NCBI GenBank assembly: GCA_024654025.1
Contig: JANLIR010000005.1
Coordinates: 1,174-65,173 of the forward strand
DNA length: 64,000 nucleotides
From: Candidatus Wolfebacteria bacterium
Lineage (GTDB): Bacteria; Patescibacteriota; Minisyncoccia; UBA6257; UBA9933
Direction of reading: 5' to 3'
Shown: piece by piece, positions 10,158 through 18,628 of the stretch
Layout of the letters: every line of letters begins with the position of its first letter
Numbering within the stretch: position 1 is the stretch's first letter
Notes under the pieces: model-generated
What the model saw: the letters and a program-made list of their open reading frames with translations, nothing else
What the model was told of the DNA's origin: nothing
Databases searched by the model: none
Made by a program: the position numbers and the translations under genes

Positions 10158-12527
10158 ATGATTTTTTATATTATTTTAATAGTCCCGGTTTTAATTGCGG
10201 CTATTACCGCGCTCTTTTTAATTTACCGCTCAAGCAAAAAACGAAAGCTGGCGCAAACGATGGAAATGAAATTGCTTTCGATTAGCTTGCCCAAAAAACA
10301 AAAAAGCGATTTTTCTCAGCCGGGCCAGCCCAATGATTGGAAAGAAGAAATAAATTTATCAGCCCAGCTTTTTTCCATTCTTGCCAGTTTAAAATCTCAT
10401 TTTGTATTGGAAGCCGCGGTTCATCATGTCGGCGAAGAAATTCATTTTTATATCGGGGTTCCGACAAAATCCGTGGAAGCCGTAATCCGGCAAATCCAAG
10501 GCCTTTGGAAAGACGCGCAAGTCAGTTACGTTGACGATTACAATATTTTTAATTCAAACGGCGAAAGCGCCGGAGTTTTTGTCCAGCAAAAATTTTCTTA
10601 CGCCCTGCCGGTCAGAACCTATATTGAATCCAATACCGACACCTTTGCGCCTATTTTAAGCGGATTAAGCAAGATCAGCGAGGTGGGAGAGGGAATAGCC
10701 ATTCAAATTTTAGGAAATCCCGCGCCCGAGTCGGTAAAGAAAAATATTTTACAAATGCTCGAATCTTTGAAAAAGGGAGCTAAAATGGAGGATTTGATAA
10801 AGGGATTAAAAATCGGCTTCGGCGACATAAAAAAAATAGTGGCAGGACCGGAAGAGAAAAAAGAAAACGAACCGAAAATAATCGATGAAGACGCGATAAA
10901 AGCGTTGGAGTCAAAAATTTCCAAACCGCTTTTAGCTTTAAATATCCGCGTTGTCGCTTCGGCCTTAAATAATATTCAAGCGGATATAATTTTAGACGGC
11001 GTATTAAGCGGTTTTTCCCAATTCAGTTCGCCTCGCCGGCAAGAATTTAAAATAGTAAAACCGCGCAACGCGAAAGATTTCTTTTATAATTTTTCTTTTA
11101 GGGATTTTGATGAAAATCAAAATGTCGTGTTAAACACCGAAGAGCTAGCCAGTGTTTTTCATTTCCCAACCGCCACAACCGATATCCCTAAAATAAAATG
11201 GGCGAAAGCTAAAGAAGCGCCGCCTCCTGTTCTGCCGAGCTCCGGAACCTTAGTCGGTGAAAGCGATTTTAGAGACGAACATAAGCCCGTTTATATCGCC
11301 GAAGAAGATCGTAGGCGGCATGTTTATTTAATCGGCCAAACCGGAACCGGCAAAACTAATCTGCTGATGAATATGGCGATCGAGGACATCAAACAAGGCA
11401 AGGGAGTTTGTATTATCGATCCGCACGGCGAAGACGCGGAATCCGTTTTAAGCGTTATTCCCAAAGACCGTCTCGATGACGTTATAGTTTTTGACCCTGC
11501 CGACCTCCAAAAGCCGTTGGGCATGAACATGCTTGAATATGATTTTAATAAACCTGAAGAAAAAACATTTATTGTCAATGAATTATTTAATATTTTTGAC
11601 AAACTTTACGACATGAAAGTCGCGGGCGGTCCGATGTTTGAACAATATACTAAAAACGCGATTCTGCTTTTAATGGAGGATATGGTAAACGAACCGGCAA
11701 CTTTGATGGAAATCCAGAGAGTTTTCACCGACGACGATTATCGGGAAAGAAAATTAATGAGAATCGCTAATCCGGTAGTTATAGATTTTTGGGAAAAAGA
11801 AGCGCAAAAAGCCACAGGCGAACACTCATTGGCAAATATGTCCGCGTATATAACTTCAAAATTCAATAATTTTACGATTAACGATTATGTGCGGCCGATA
11901 ATAGGACAAGAAAAATCCGCGTTCAATTTTCGGAAAATAATGGATGAAGGTAAAATTTTAATTCTGCCTCTTTCCAAAGGAAAAATCGGCGAAGCCAACG
12001 CTAATTTATTAGGAATGATAATATTGGGGAAAATTTTGATGGCGGCGTTGTCGCGAGCTGATATGCCGCAGGAAAACCGCCGGGACTTTAATTTATTTAT
12101 CGACGAATTCCAAAACTTTACAACTGATTCAACATCGATAATTTTAGCCGAGGCGCGCAAATATCGGCTTAACCTGGTAATGGCGCATCAATTCATCGCC
12201 CAACTGCCCGACAAAATAAAAGATTCAGTTTTCGGAAACGTCGGCACCAAAATTGCTTTTAGAGTTGGTATTTCCGACGCTGAATTTCTGGTGAAAGAAT
12301 TTTCGCCGGTTTTCGACCAAACTGACTTAACAACCATTGCCACCGGCCGCGCTTATATAAAAATGTTAATTCACGGCGCTCCGGCTTCGCCTTTCAGCAT
12401 CAAAACTTTTTTAAAACCAAAAGCCGATTACAACACTATCGCTACAGTCAAAGAAATTTCTCGCTTAAAATACGGAACCAATCGCCAGGAAGTGGAACAA
12501 AAAATAATTAGTCGCCTTCGCTCCTAG
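10158..12527 (+). CDS. TraG/TraD/VirD4-like (type IV coupling protein-like) membrane ATPase
   Basis: N-terminal transmembrane helix. Walker A motif GQTGTGKTNLLMN followed by IDPHGE. Walker B motif LFIDEFQNF followed by an RKYRLNLVMAHQ-type motif. Confidence 0.5.
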   Translation: MIFYIILIVPVLIAAITALFLIYRSSKKRKLAQTMEMKLLSISLPKKQKSDFSQPGQPNDWKEEINLSAQLFSILASLKSHFVLEAAVHHVGEEIHFYIGVPTKSVEAVIRQIQGLWKDAQVSYVDDYNIFNSNGESAGVFVQQKFSYALPVRTYIESNTDTFAPILSGLSKISEVGEGIAIQILGNPAPESVKKNILQMLESLKKGAKMEDLIKGLKIGFGDIKKIVAGPEEKKENEPKIIDEDAIKALESKISKPLLALNIRVVASALNNIQADIILDGVLSGFSQFSSPRRQEFKIVKPRNAKDFFYNFSFRDFDENQNVVLNTEELASVFHFPTATTDIPKIKWAKAKEAPPPVLPSSGTLVGESDFRDEHKPVYIAEEDRRRHVYLIGQTGTGKTNLLMNMAIEDIKQGKGVCIIDPHGEDAESVLSVIPKDRLDDVIVFDPADLQKPLGMNMLEYDFNKPEEKTFIVNELFNIFDKLYDMKVAGGPMFEQYTKNAILLLMEDMVNEPATLMEIQRVFTDDDYRERKLMRIANPVVIDFWEKEAQKATGEHSLANMSAYITSKFNNFTINDYVRPIIGQEKSAFNFRKIMDEGKILILPLSKGKIGEANANLLGMIILGKILMAALSRADMPQENRRDFNLFIDEFQNFTTDSTSIILAEARKYRLNLVMAHQFIAQLPDKIKDSVFGNVGTKIAFRVGISDAEFLVKEFSPVFDQTDLTTIATGRAYIKMLIHGAPASPFSIKTFLKPKADYNTIATVKEISRLKYGTNRQEVEQKIISRLRS

Positions 12528-12601
12528 TTGTCATCCCGATCCGTCAGCTGACGGAGAGGGATCTCATGATTTTTAAAATTTGTATTTTGTAATTCTTAAT
12601 T

Positions 12602-12943
12602 ATGGTGGCCCACATCTTTAAAGACAAAAATTTGCGTTTAATATTTTCCGCAGCTATGGTTGTTCTGATAATTACGGCAGTTGTCGGTTATTTTAAATTC
12701 GGGTCAGTGACTGAAAAAATAATCGTTCATTTTGATATTTTTAAAGGAATTGATGTTTTAGGAAACAAAACGGATGTTCGCGCAATTATTATTTACGGCT
12801 TTATCGTCTCGGCCATCAATTTTTTTCTGGCCGATTTTCTTTACGAACGGGAAAGATTTTTGTCTTATATTTTTTCGTTCGCCACTCTGTTTCTATCGCT
12901 TCTAATTCTAACGGTTATTTCGGTTATAATTTCGAAAAATTAA
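12602..12943 (+). CDS. hypothetical membrane protein
   Basis: ORF with two predicted transmembrane segments. Confidence 0.3.
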   Translation: MVAHIFKDKNLRLIFSAAMVVLIITAVVGYFKFGSVTEKIIVHFDIFKGIDVLGNKTDVRAIIIYGFIVSAINFFLADFLYERERFLSYIFSFATLFLSLLILTVISVIISKN

Positions 12944-13662
12944 GCCTTAGCAATAACAAGCGCGGCGATTTTACGCGCGCCGGCACTTCTTAAAACTTTC
13001 ACAGCTTCATTTATTGTCGCTCCTGACGTAAAAACATCATCAACTAACAAAATATTTTTGCCTTTAATCTGGTTCGCGTTAATAACCTCGAAACAATCCT
13101 TTACGTTTTTTTCTCGGTCGCCCGATTTTTTTGCCTGCACTTGAGGATTTGTTTTCTTTATTCTTTTCAACCCATCAACTAAATTAATTTTTAACTTTTC
13201 GGATAAAATTTCAGCCAGTAATTTTGACTGGTTATAGCCCCTCTGGCGCTCCCGGGAAGTATGCAAAGGAATTGGAACTAAAATAAAACCAGAAGTATCA
13301 AATCCGGTTCGGCCAAGAAATTCAAGAATAAGTTCAGAAAGAAAAGGCGCCAGATTTTGAAAATTTTCGTATTTAAAATAATGAATTAAGCTGTTTATAA
13401 CAGGATTGTCGTAATTTGCCGCCGCGCCCAAAATATATCTGGGCACGCCTTCGTGACGGCAGATTACTTTATTGTCGGCTAAACGAAGACGACAAACCGG
13501 ACACGAAAAAGCCGAATTAATTACGATTAACTTTAGGCAAGCGTCGCAAAGGCATTGTTTTTCTTTGGGTTTTTCTTCAATTTTTTCTTCGAGATTTTTA
13601 AAACAACCCAAGCAAACCGGCGGAAATAGAACGTCAAGAATTATTTTTTTCGCGTTAATCAA
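12940..13662 (-). CDS. comFC: ComF family protein (competence, PRTase domain)
   Basis: Double Cys4 zinc finger at the N-terminus plus the PRTase motif LLVDDVFTSGATI. Confidence 0.75.
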   Translation of the reverse strand: MINAKKIILDVLFPPVCLGCFKNLEEKIEEKPKEKQCLCDACLKLIVINSAFSCPVCRLRLADNKVICRHEGVPRYILGAAANYDNPVINSLIHYFKYENFQNLAPFLSELILEFLGRTGFDTSGFILVPIPLHTSRERQRGYNQSKLLAEILSEKLKINLVDGLKRIKKTNPQVQAKKSGDREKNVKDCFEVINANQIKGKNILLVDDVFTSGATINEAVKVLRSAGARKIAALVIAKA

Positions 13663-13663
13663 A

Positions 13664-14443
13664 TTATTTCAGCGCAAATCGAAACCGGCGGATTATCAAG
13701 GTTATAACAAAAAATCCGGCGCTTATAAGTATGAATAATGGTCCCGGAGCTGTTTTAGAATTAAATGCGAAAATCATTCCCAGTATCGTCGTTAAAATTC
13801 CAAGCGAAACGCTGATTGTCATAAAAGATTTTAAACTTTTAGCTATATTTTTAGCGGAAGCCGCCGGTATTATCACAAGCGATCCCATCAAAAGCGCCCC
13901 GACAAATCTTATTCCTAAGGCAACTGCCAGCGCAAAAATAAGAAGATATATTAATTCCAAAATTCGATTTTTAATGCCGATTGATTGCGCCAGCTCTTGT
14001 GAAAGCATATTTAACGCTAATTTTTTATAGATTGCCAAAAGCGTAATTATAACAACAGCTGAAACAAAAATAGAAAATAACGCTTCTTGTCGGCTTAATA
14101 AACTTATGTTTCCAAAAAGAGCTTCCAGAAGTTCTTGTTGAGGAGTAATCAAAACTCCAATTGCCAAACTGACCGTAAAAAATACTCCGATTAAAGTATC
14201 AACTGAAAGCGTTGTGTAATATTCTAAAAACCATACACCGAGCGTAGCTAACAGTAAAAATCCTGCGGCGCCCCAAAACGGATTAAAGTTAAACATAAGG
14301 CCCAAGGCAAGGCCCGGCAAAGCCACATGCGAAAGCGCGTCGCCAGCCAAAGCCATTTTTCGCAAAATAACGAAAGCGCCCAGCAAACTAGTGCTGGCCC
14401 CTATAAAAATCGCCACGATTAAAGGTTGTATTAAATCCGTCAT
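13664..14443 (-). CDS. znuB: metal ABC transporter permease (ABC-3 family)
   Basis: ABC-3 family signature ALAGDALSHVALPGLALG; polytopic membrane protein. Confidence 0.8.
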   Translation of the reverse strand: MTDLIQPLIVAIFIGASTSLLGAFVILRKMALAGDALSHVALPGLALGLMFNFNPFWGAAGFLLLATLGVWFLEYYTTLSVDTLIGVFFTVSLAIGVLITPQQELLEALFGNISLLSRQEALFSIFVSAVVIITLLAIYKKLALNMLSQELAQSIGIKNRILELIYLLIFALAVALGIRFVGALLMGSLVIIPAASAKNIAKSLKSFMTISVSLGILTTILGMIFAFNSKTAPGPLFILISAGFFVITLIIRRFRFALK

Positions 14444-14476
14444 AGTAATTAGGAATTAGTAGTTAGAATTTAGTAA
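14444..14476 (-). repeat. heptad repeat (TTACTAA ATTCTAA CTACTAA TTCCTAA TTACT, in sense orientation) exactly filling the znuC-znuB spacer
   Basis: Direct reading. Confidence 0.7.
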
Positions 14477-15163
14477 TTAATGTTTATGCTCGTAAAACGC
14501 TTTTTCTCCCCCATAAAGCTCGTTTAGATTTTGCGCGGTTAAAACTTTAGCTGGCGGGCCGTAGCATAAATTCTTTTTGTTCAAACAAATAACTTTAGTG
14601 GCGTACTCTGAAACGATATTCAAATCGTGCGATATTAAAATAACCGTAAGATTCAATTTTTTGTGCATTTGGCTGATTGTTTTTAAAATTGATTCCTGAC
14701 CGTAAATATCAATATCAGCTGTCGGTTCATCAAACAACAAAACATCCGGATTATCCATCATGGCCCAGCCAACCAACAGGCGCTGTCGTTGTCCAACAGA
14801 AATTTCTCCCAGCCCTTTTTTTAAAATATTTTCTTCAAGCTGAATAAAACTAAGAGCTTCTCGTATGCGTTTTGCGTTAGCGATTTTTCCTCTTAATTTA
14901 AAAAATTCTTTGACGGTTATCGGCACATCAATGTCTATATCCAAACGTTGGGGAACATAGCCTATTTTAACATTCGGCTCCCATTTTATTTCTCCCTCAT
15001 AAGAAATCATATTGAGCAGCGCTTTAAATAAAGTTGTTTTGCCCGCTCCGTTAGGGCCAATTACGGTTAAAATTTCGCCGCGGTTAACCTCTAGAGTTAT
15101 ATTTTGCAAAATTTTTTCACCGCCCAAATTAACGCTCAAATTTTTTACTTTGAGTATTTGCAT
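14477..15163 (-). CDS. znuC: metal ABC transporter ATP-binding protein
   Basis: Walker A GPNGAGKTT, ABC signature LSVGQRQR, Walker B LLFDEPT. Confidence 0.8.
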   Translation of the reverse strand: MQILKVKNLSVNLGGEKILQNITLEVNRGEILTVIGPNGAGKTTLFKALLNMISYEGEIKWEPNVKIGYVPQRLDIDIDVPITVKEFFKLRGKIANAKRIREALSFIQLEENILKKGLGEISVGQRQRLLVGWAMMDNPDVLLFDEPTADIDIYGQESILKTISQMHKKLNLTVILISHDLNIVSEYATKVICLNKKNLCYGPPAKVLTAQNLNELYGGEKAFYEHKH

Positions 15164-15192
15164 GTTTAATTATTATATCATAAAATTTAACA

Positions 15193-15741
15193 ATGAAATA
15201 TTTAGAAGAAAATATATTGGCAGCCCTAGAGGCTGTTTTATTTGTTCACGGAGAACCTCTTGAAACAAAAAAACTTTCAAAAATTTTAGAGGTCGGCGAA
15301 GAAAAAATTGGCGAGTTGGTAGAACGATTATCAAAAATTTTAGAAGACAAAAATAGGGGATTAGTGTTGATTAGAGACGGCTCGCGTGTTGAATTGGCCA
15401 CAAAGCCCGAGCTATCTTCTTTGATAGAGGGCTTTATAAAAAGCGAATTTGACGAAAATTTGACGCCGGCAGCTCTGGAAACCCTTTCGTTAATAGCCTA
15501 TTTCGGGCCTTTATCACGCGTTCAAATTGATTACTACCGGGGAGTTAATTCGTCTTTTACCGTAAGAAATCTTTTATTAAAGGGTCTTATAGAAAGATTC
15601 AACAAGCCGGACAACCAGCACGTCTTTTTTTACAAACCCAGCATAGATTTGTTAAAATATTTAGGTATTTCTAAAATAGAAGAATTGCCTGAATACGAAA
15701 AATATAAAGAGTTGTCGGTTCAAGACAGCCAACAAACATGA
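15193..15741 (+). CDS. scpB: segregation and condensation protein B
   Basis: ScpB winged-helix N-terminus AALEAVLFVHGEPL. Confidence 0.8.
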   Translation: MKYLEENILAALEAVLFVHGEPLETKKLSKILEVGEEKIGELVERLSKILEDKNRGLVLIRDGSRVELATKPELSSLIEGFIKSEFDENLTPAALETLSLIAYFGPLSRVQIDYYRGVNSSFTVRNLLLKGLIERFNKPDNQHVFFYKPSIDLLKYLGISKIEELPEYEKYKELSVQDSQQT

Positions 15742-16709
15742 AGTCCTACAGTCGTATATTTTTTTTAACTTTAATTTTTATCGTTTCCGTTTTGACGGTT
15801 AAAATTTGGGGCGATAAAATTTCCAGCCCTAAAGTTTCAGCTCTAGCAACGGTTAAAAATGTTCTGGAGGGTGCCGGCGGAGACATAAACCAAGAAAGCC
15901 CCGTTATTGATAAAACATTCGTATCAGAAATAGCCTCAACGGGAAATTTTTCAGAAAACCCCACCTCTACCTTGAAATTCGCTTCCGAAGGAGTCTGTTC
16001 GGAAGTTGAATTTTCCAGCCGAGCGATTTTAGTTGAATATTTAAATCAAAATATTAGCGTGGCGGAAATAAATTCCACTCGGCGCTGGCCAATCGCTTCA
16101 ATAACAAAATTAATAACTGCCGTTGTCGCCGTCGAAAACATCGACCCGGAACTTTCCATCACTCTCACGGATAAAGCGTTAAAAGCCGAGGGAGATGTCG
16201 GTAATTTCAAATCAGTCCAGACATTTAAAGCAAATGATTTAATAAAAGCGATGCTTTTACTTTCCAGCAACGACGCGGCAATGGCTTTGTCGGAAACATT
16301 CGGTTCAGAAAAATTTTTGGCGTTGATGCGCGGTAAATTAAAAGAAATCGGAATGGAAGAAACGAGCCTTTATGAGTCTACCGGTCTTTCGTCAAAAAAC
16401 CAGTCCACTCCGCGTGACATCGCAAAATTGATGAGGTATCTTTACAATTATCATCCCGAAATTTTAAAATTGACTCGGTCGCCGAGAGAAATGGCTTACG
16501 AAATAAAAACTAAAACGAGGGAAGTTTTTATGAATATAAATAAATTTGCCGGCCAATCGGGCTTTATCGGCGGTAAAACCGGCTTCATAAATGATTCCGG
16601 AGGAAATTTAGTTTCACTGTTTAATGTCCGGGGCCAGCCGGTTGTTATAATAGTTTTCGGCTCAAACGACAGGTTTAAAGAAAGCGAACAAATTTTAGAA
16701 TGTATTTAA
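15738..16709 (+). CDS. D-alanyl-D-alanine carboxypeptidase (serine-type, PBP5/6-like)
   Basis: SxxK motif (ASITKLIT), SxN motif (LSSND) and KTG motif (GKTGF). Confidence 0.8.
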   Translation: MKSYSRIFFLTLIFIVSVLTVKIWGDKISSPKVSALATVKNVLEGAGGDINQESPVIDKTFVSEIASTGNFSENPTSTLKFASEGVCSEVEFSSRAILVEYLNQNISVAEINSTRRWPIASITKLITAVVAVENIDPELSITLTDKALKAEGDVGNFKSVQTFKANDLIKAMLLLSSNDAAMALSETFGSEKFLALMRGKLKEIGMEETSLYESTGLSSKNQSTPRDIAKLMRYLYNYHPEILKLTRSPREMAYEIKTKTREVFMNINKFAGQSGFIGGKTGFINDSGGNLVSLFNVRGQPVVIIVFGSNDRFKESEQILECI

Positions 16710-17779
16710 CTCACGTATTTTTAATAATTAAAATTATAAGTTTTTTAGCGGCGTCTTTTGTGGTCGCGCTCTTGATTGAACCGGCGCTAAGTTATTTTTT
16801 ATATAAATACCAAGCCTGGAAAAAGAAACCGAAAGATGTGAGCGCCGACGGACGCGACACCCCAATTTTTAAAAAATTCCACAGCGTTAAAGAAACGAGC
16901 GTTCCCAGAATGGGAGGAATATTAATTTGGGGAACGGTTTTAATAGTCACGGCGCTGAGTTTTCTGATGTCTAAATTTTTCCCTGCTCAAATAGGAGCTC
17001 GGATTAATTTTCTTAACCGTTCGCAAACTTGGCTGCCGCTTTTTTCTTTAATCGCCGCTTCTCTTTTAGGCTTAGTTGACGATATAAAAACAATCAAGGG
17101 AAACGGGAAATATATAACCGGCGGAATGCGATTTAAAACCCGTTTGGCTTTAATATCCGCTATAGCCCTTGCCGGCGCTTGGTGGTTCTATTTTAAACTC
17201 GGCTGGAGCAGTATTTATATTCCATTTTATGGAAACGTCGCGATAGACGGTTTATATATAATACTTTTTGTTTTGGCTATTTTAGCAACATTTTCAACCG
17301 GCGTAGTAGACGGCTTGGACGGGCTTTCGGCCGGGGTATTAGCTCCAATTTTTGGAGCTTACGGGGTTATAGCTTATTCAAGAGGTTTGTATGATTTAAC
17401 CACCTTTATAGTTATTATTATTGGCGCTTTAATAACATACCTATGGTTTAACGTGCCGCCGGCGAAATTCTATATGGGAGAAACCGGGATCATGGGGCTT
17501 ACGGTTGTTCTTGCTGTAATCGCGTTTTTAACGAATTCCATTTTATTTTTGCCCATAATCGGATTGGTGTTAGTAATTGAGGCTCTTTCGGTTATAATTC
17601 AGCTCACTTCTAAAAAATTTAGAAACGGGAAAAAAGTTTTTTTGGCAGCTCCGATACACCATCATTTTGAGGCTAAGGGCTGGTCTGAAGCCCAAATCAC
17701 AATGCGGTTTTGGATTATTTCAGGAGTATTTTCCAGCCTGGGGCTAGTTCTTTACTTTTTAAGCAAGTTTTTGTATTAA
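16700..17779 (+). CDS. mraY: phospho-N-acetylmuramoyl-pentapeptide-transferase
   Basis: Conserved motifs VDDIKTIKG and VDGLDGLSAG; ten-helix membrane topology. Confidence 0.9.
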   Translation: MYLTHVFLIIKIISFLAASFVVALLIEPALSYFLYKYQAWKKKPKDVSADGRDTPIFKKFHSVKETSVPRMGGILIWGTVLIVTALSFLMSKFFPAQIGARINFLNRSQTWLPLFSLIAASLLGLVDDIKTIKGNGKYITGGMRFKTRLALISAIALAGAWWFYFKLGWSSIYIPFYGNVAIDGLYIILFVLAILATFSTGVVDGLDGLSAGVLAPIFGAYGVIAYSRGLYDLTTFIVIIIGALITYLWFNVPPAKFYMGETGIMGLTVVLAVIAFLTNSILFLPIIGLVLVIEALSVIIQLTSKKFRNGKKVFLAAPIHHHFEAKGWSEAQITMRFWIISGVFSSLGLVLYFLSKFLY

Positions 17780-17787
17780 ATTTTTAA

Positions 17788-18003
17788 GCGGGTGTAGTAT
17801 AGTGGCAATATACGACCTTCCCAAGCCCCGCACCAAAGAAAGATATTGAGCATAATCTTGCGGGTATAGTATAGTGGTAGTACGCGACCTTCCCAAGGTT
17901 GAAGCGTGGGTCCGATCCCCATTACCCGCTCATAAAAAGCAAGCAATCTTTCTTTTGGTGACGGGGCAAGGTTGAGACGAGGGTTCGATTCCCTTCACCC
18001 GCT
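17788..18003 (+). tRNA. split/interrupted tRNA-Gly(CCC): 5' half 17788-17824, 3' half 17970-18003, separated by a ~145-bp insert
   Basis: The 5' half carries the acceptor strand GCGGGTG, a D-arm, the anticodon stem CGACC and the loop TTCCCAA. The 3' half carries GGTTG, a variable loop AGAC, a T-arm GAGGG-TTCGATT-CCCTT, the acceptor strand CACCCGC and a discriminator U. Joined, they give a canonical 71-nt tRNA. Confidence 0.5.
17860..17930 (+). tRNA. tRNA-Gly(CCC), intact and nested inside the split tRNA-Gly
   Basis: 71 nt with acceptor GCGGGTA/TACCCGC, loop TTCCCAA (anticodon CCC, U33 present) and discriminator U. Confidence 0.75.
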
Positions 18004-18038
18004 CATGAAGTGCCGGGAATAAACAGAAAATCACAACT

Positions 18039-18557
18039 ATGTTAACGCTGGAGCAAGAAAAGTGGATTGCCCATTTGTCTGATGAGAACAAAATAATAAT
18101 CGTTCCATTCGACCCGACTGCAGAAGAAAAGTTCCAAAAAGTTAAACAAAGAATCAACGACTCGATAGGAAGAGAAGTGCCAGTAGAACATCGAGGAGCG
18201 ACGAGTTTAGGAATATCCGGACAAGATGAAATTGACGTCTACATTCCAATTCCATCGGCGAGATTTAATTCATTAGTCGATCCATTAAAAAATATTTTTG
18301 GCGAACCAAAAAGTTTGTACCCGCTTGAAAGAGCGAGGTTCGTAACAGAAGAAAATGGAAAACATATCGATGTATTTTTAATAAACGAAGAGCATGACGG
18401 GTGGAAAAATGCAGTTAAGTTTGAAGAATATTTACGATCTCACCCAGAAGCCTTAGAAAAATATCGACAATTAAAAGAAGACGGTAATGGATTAAGTGTT
18501 CGAGAATATTATCGAAGAAAAACAGAATTTATAAATGAAATTTTATCTGAAGTCTAA
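18039..18557 (+). CDS. GrpB-family nucleotidyltransferase-fold protein
   Basis: The segment HRGATSLGISGQDEIDVYIP matches the GrpB signature. Confidence 0.55.
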   Translation: MLTLEQEKWIAHLSDENKIIIVPFDPTAEEKFQKVKQRINDSIGREVPVEHRGATSLGISGQDEIDVYIPIPSARFNSLVDPLKNIFGEPKSLYPLERARFVTEENGKHIDVFLINEEHDGWKNAVKFEEYLRSHPEALEKYRQLKEDGNGLSVREYYRRKTEFINEILSEV

Positions 18558-18628
18558 AAATAAAAATTATTAAAATAAAACTCTTAACCTCTCTCAAGTC
18601 TAAAAATCTATCAAATAAAACGTGTCTT

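Noticed and set aside
17930-18157. 75-aa minus-strand ORF across the tRNA-Gly 3' half
   Set aside because: It is explained by the tRNA sequence and the start of the GrpB gene.
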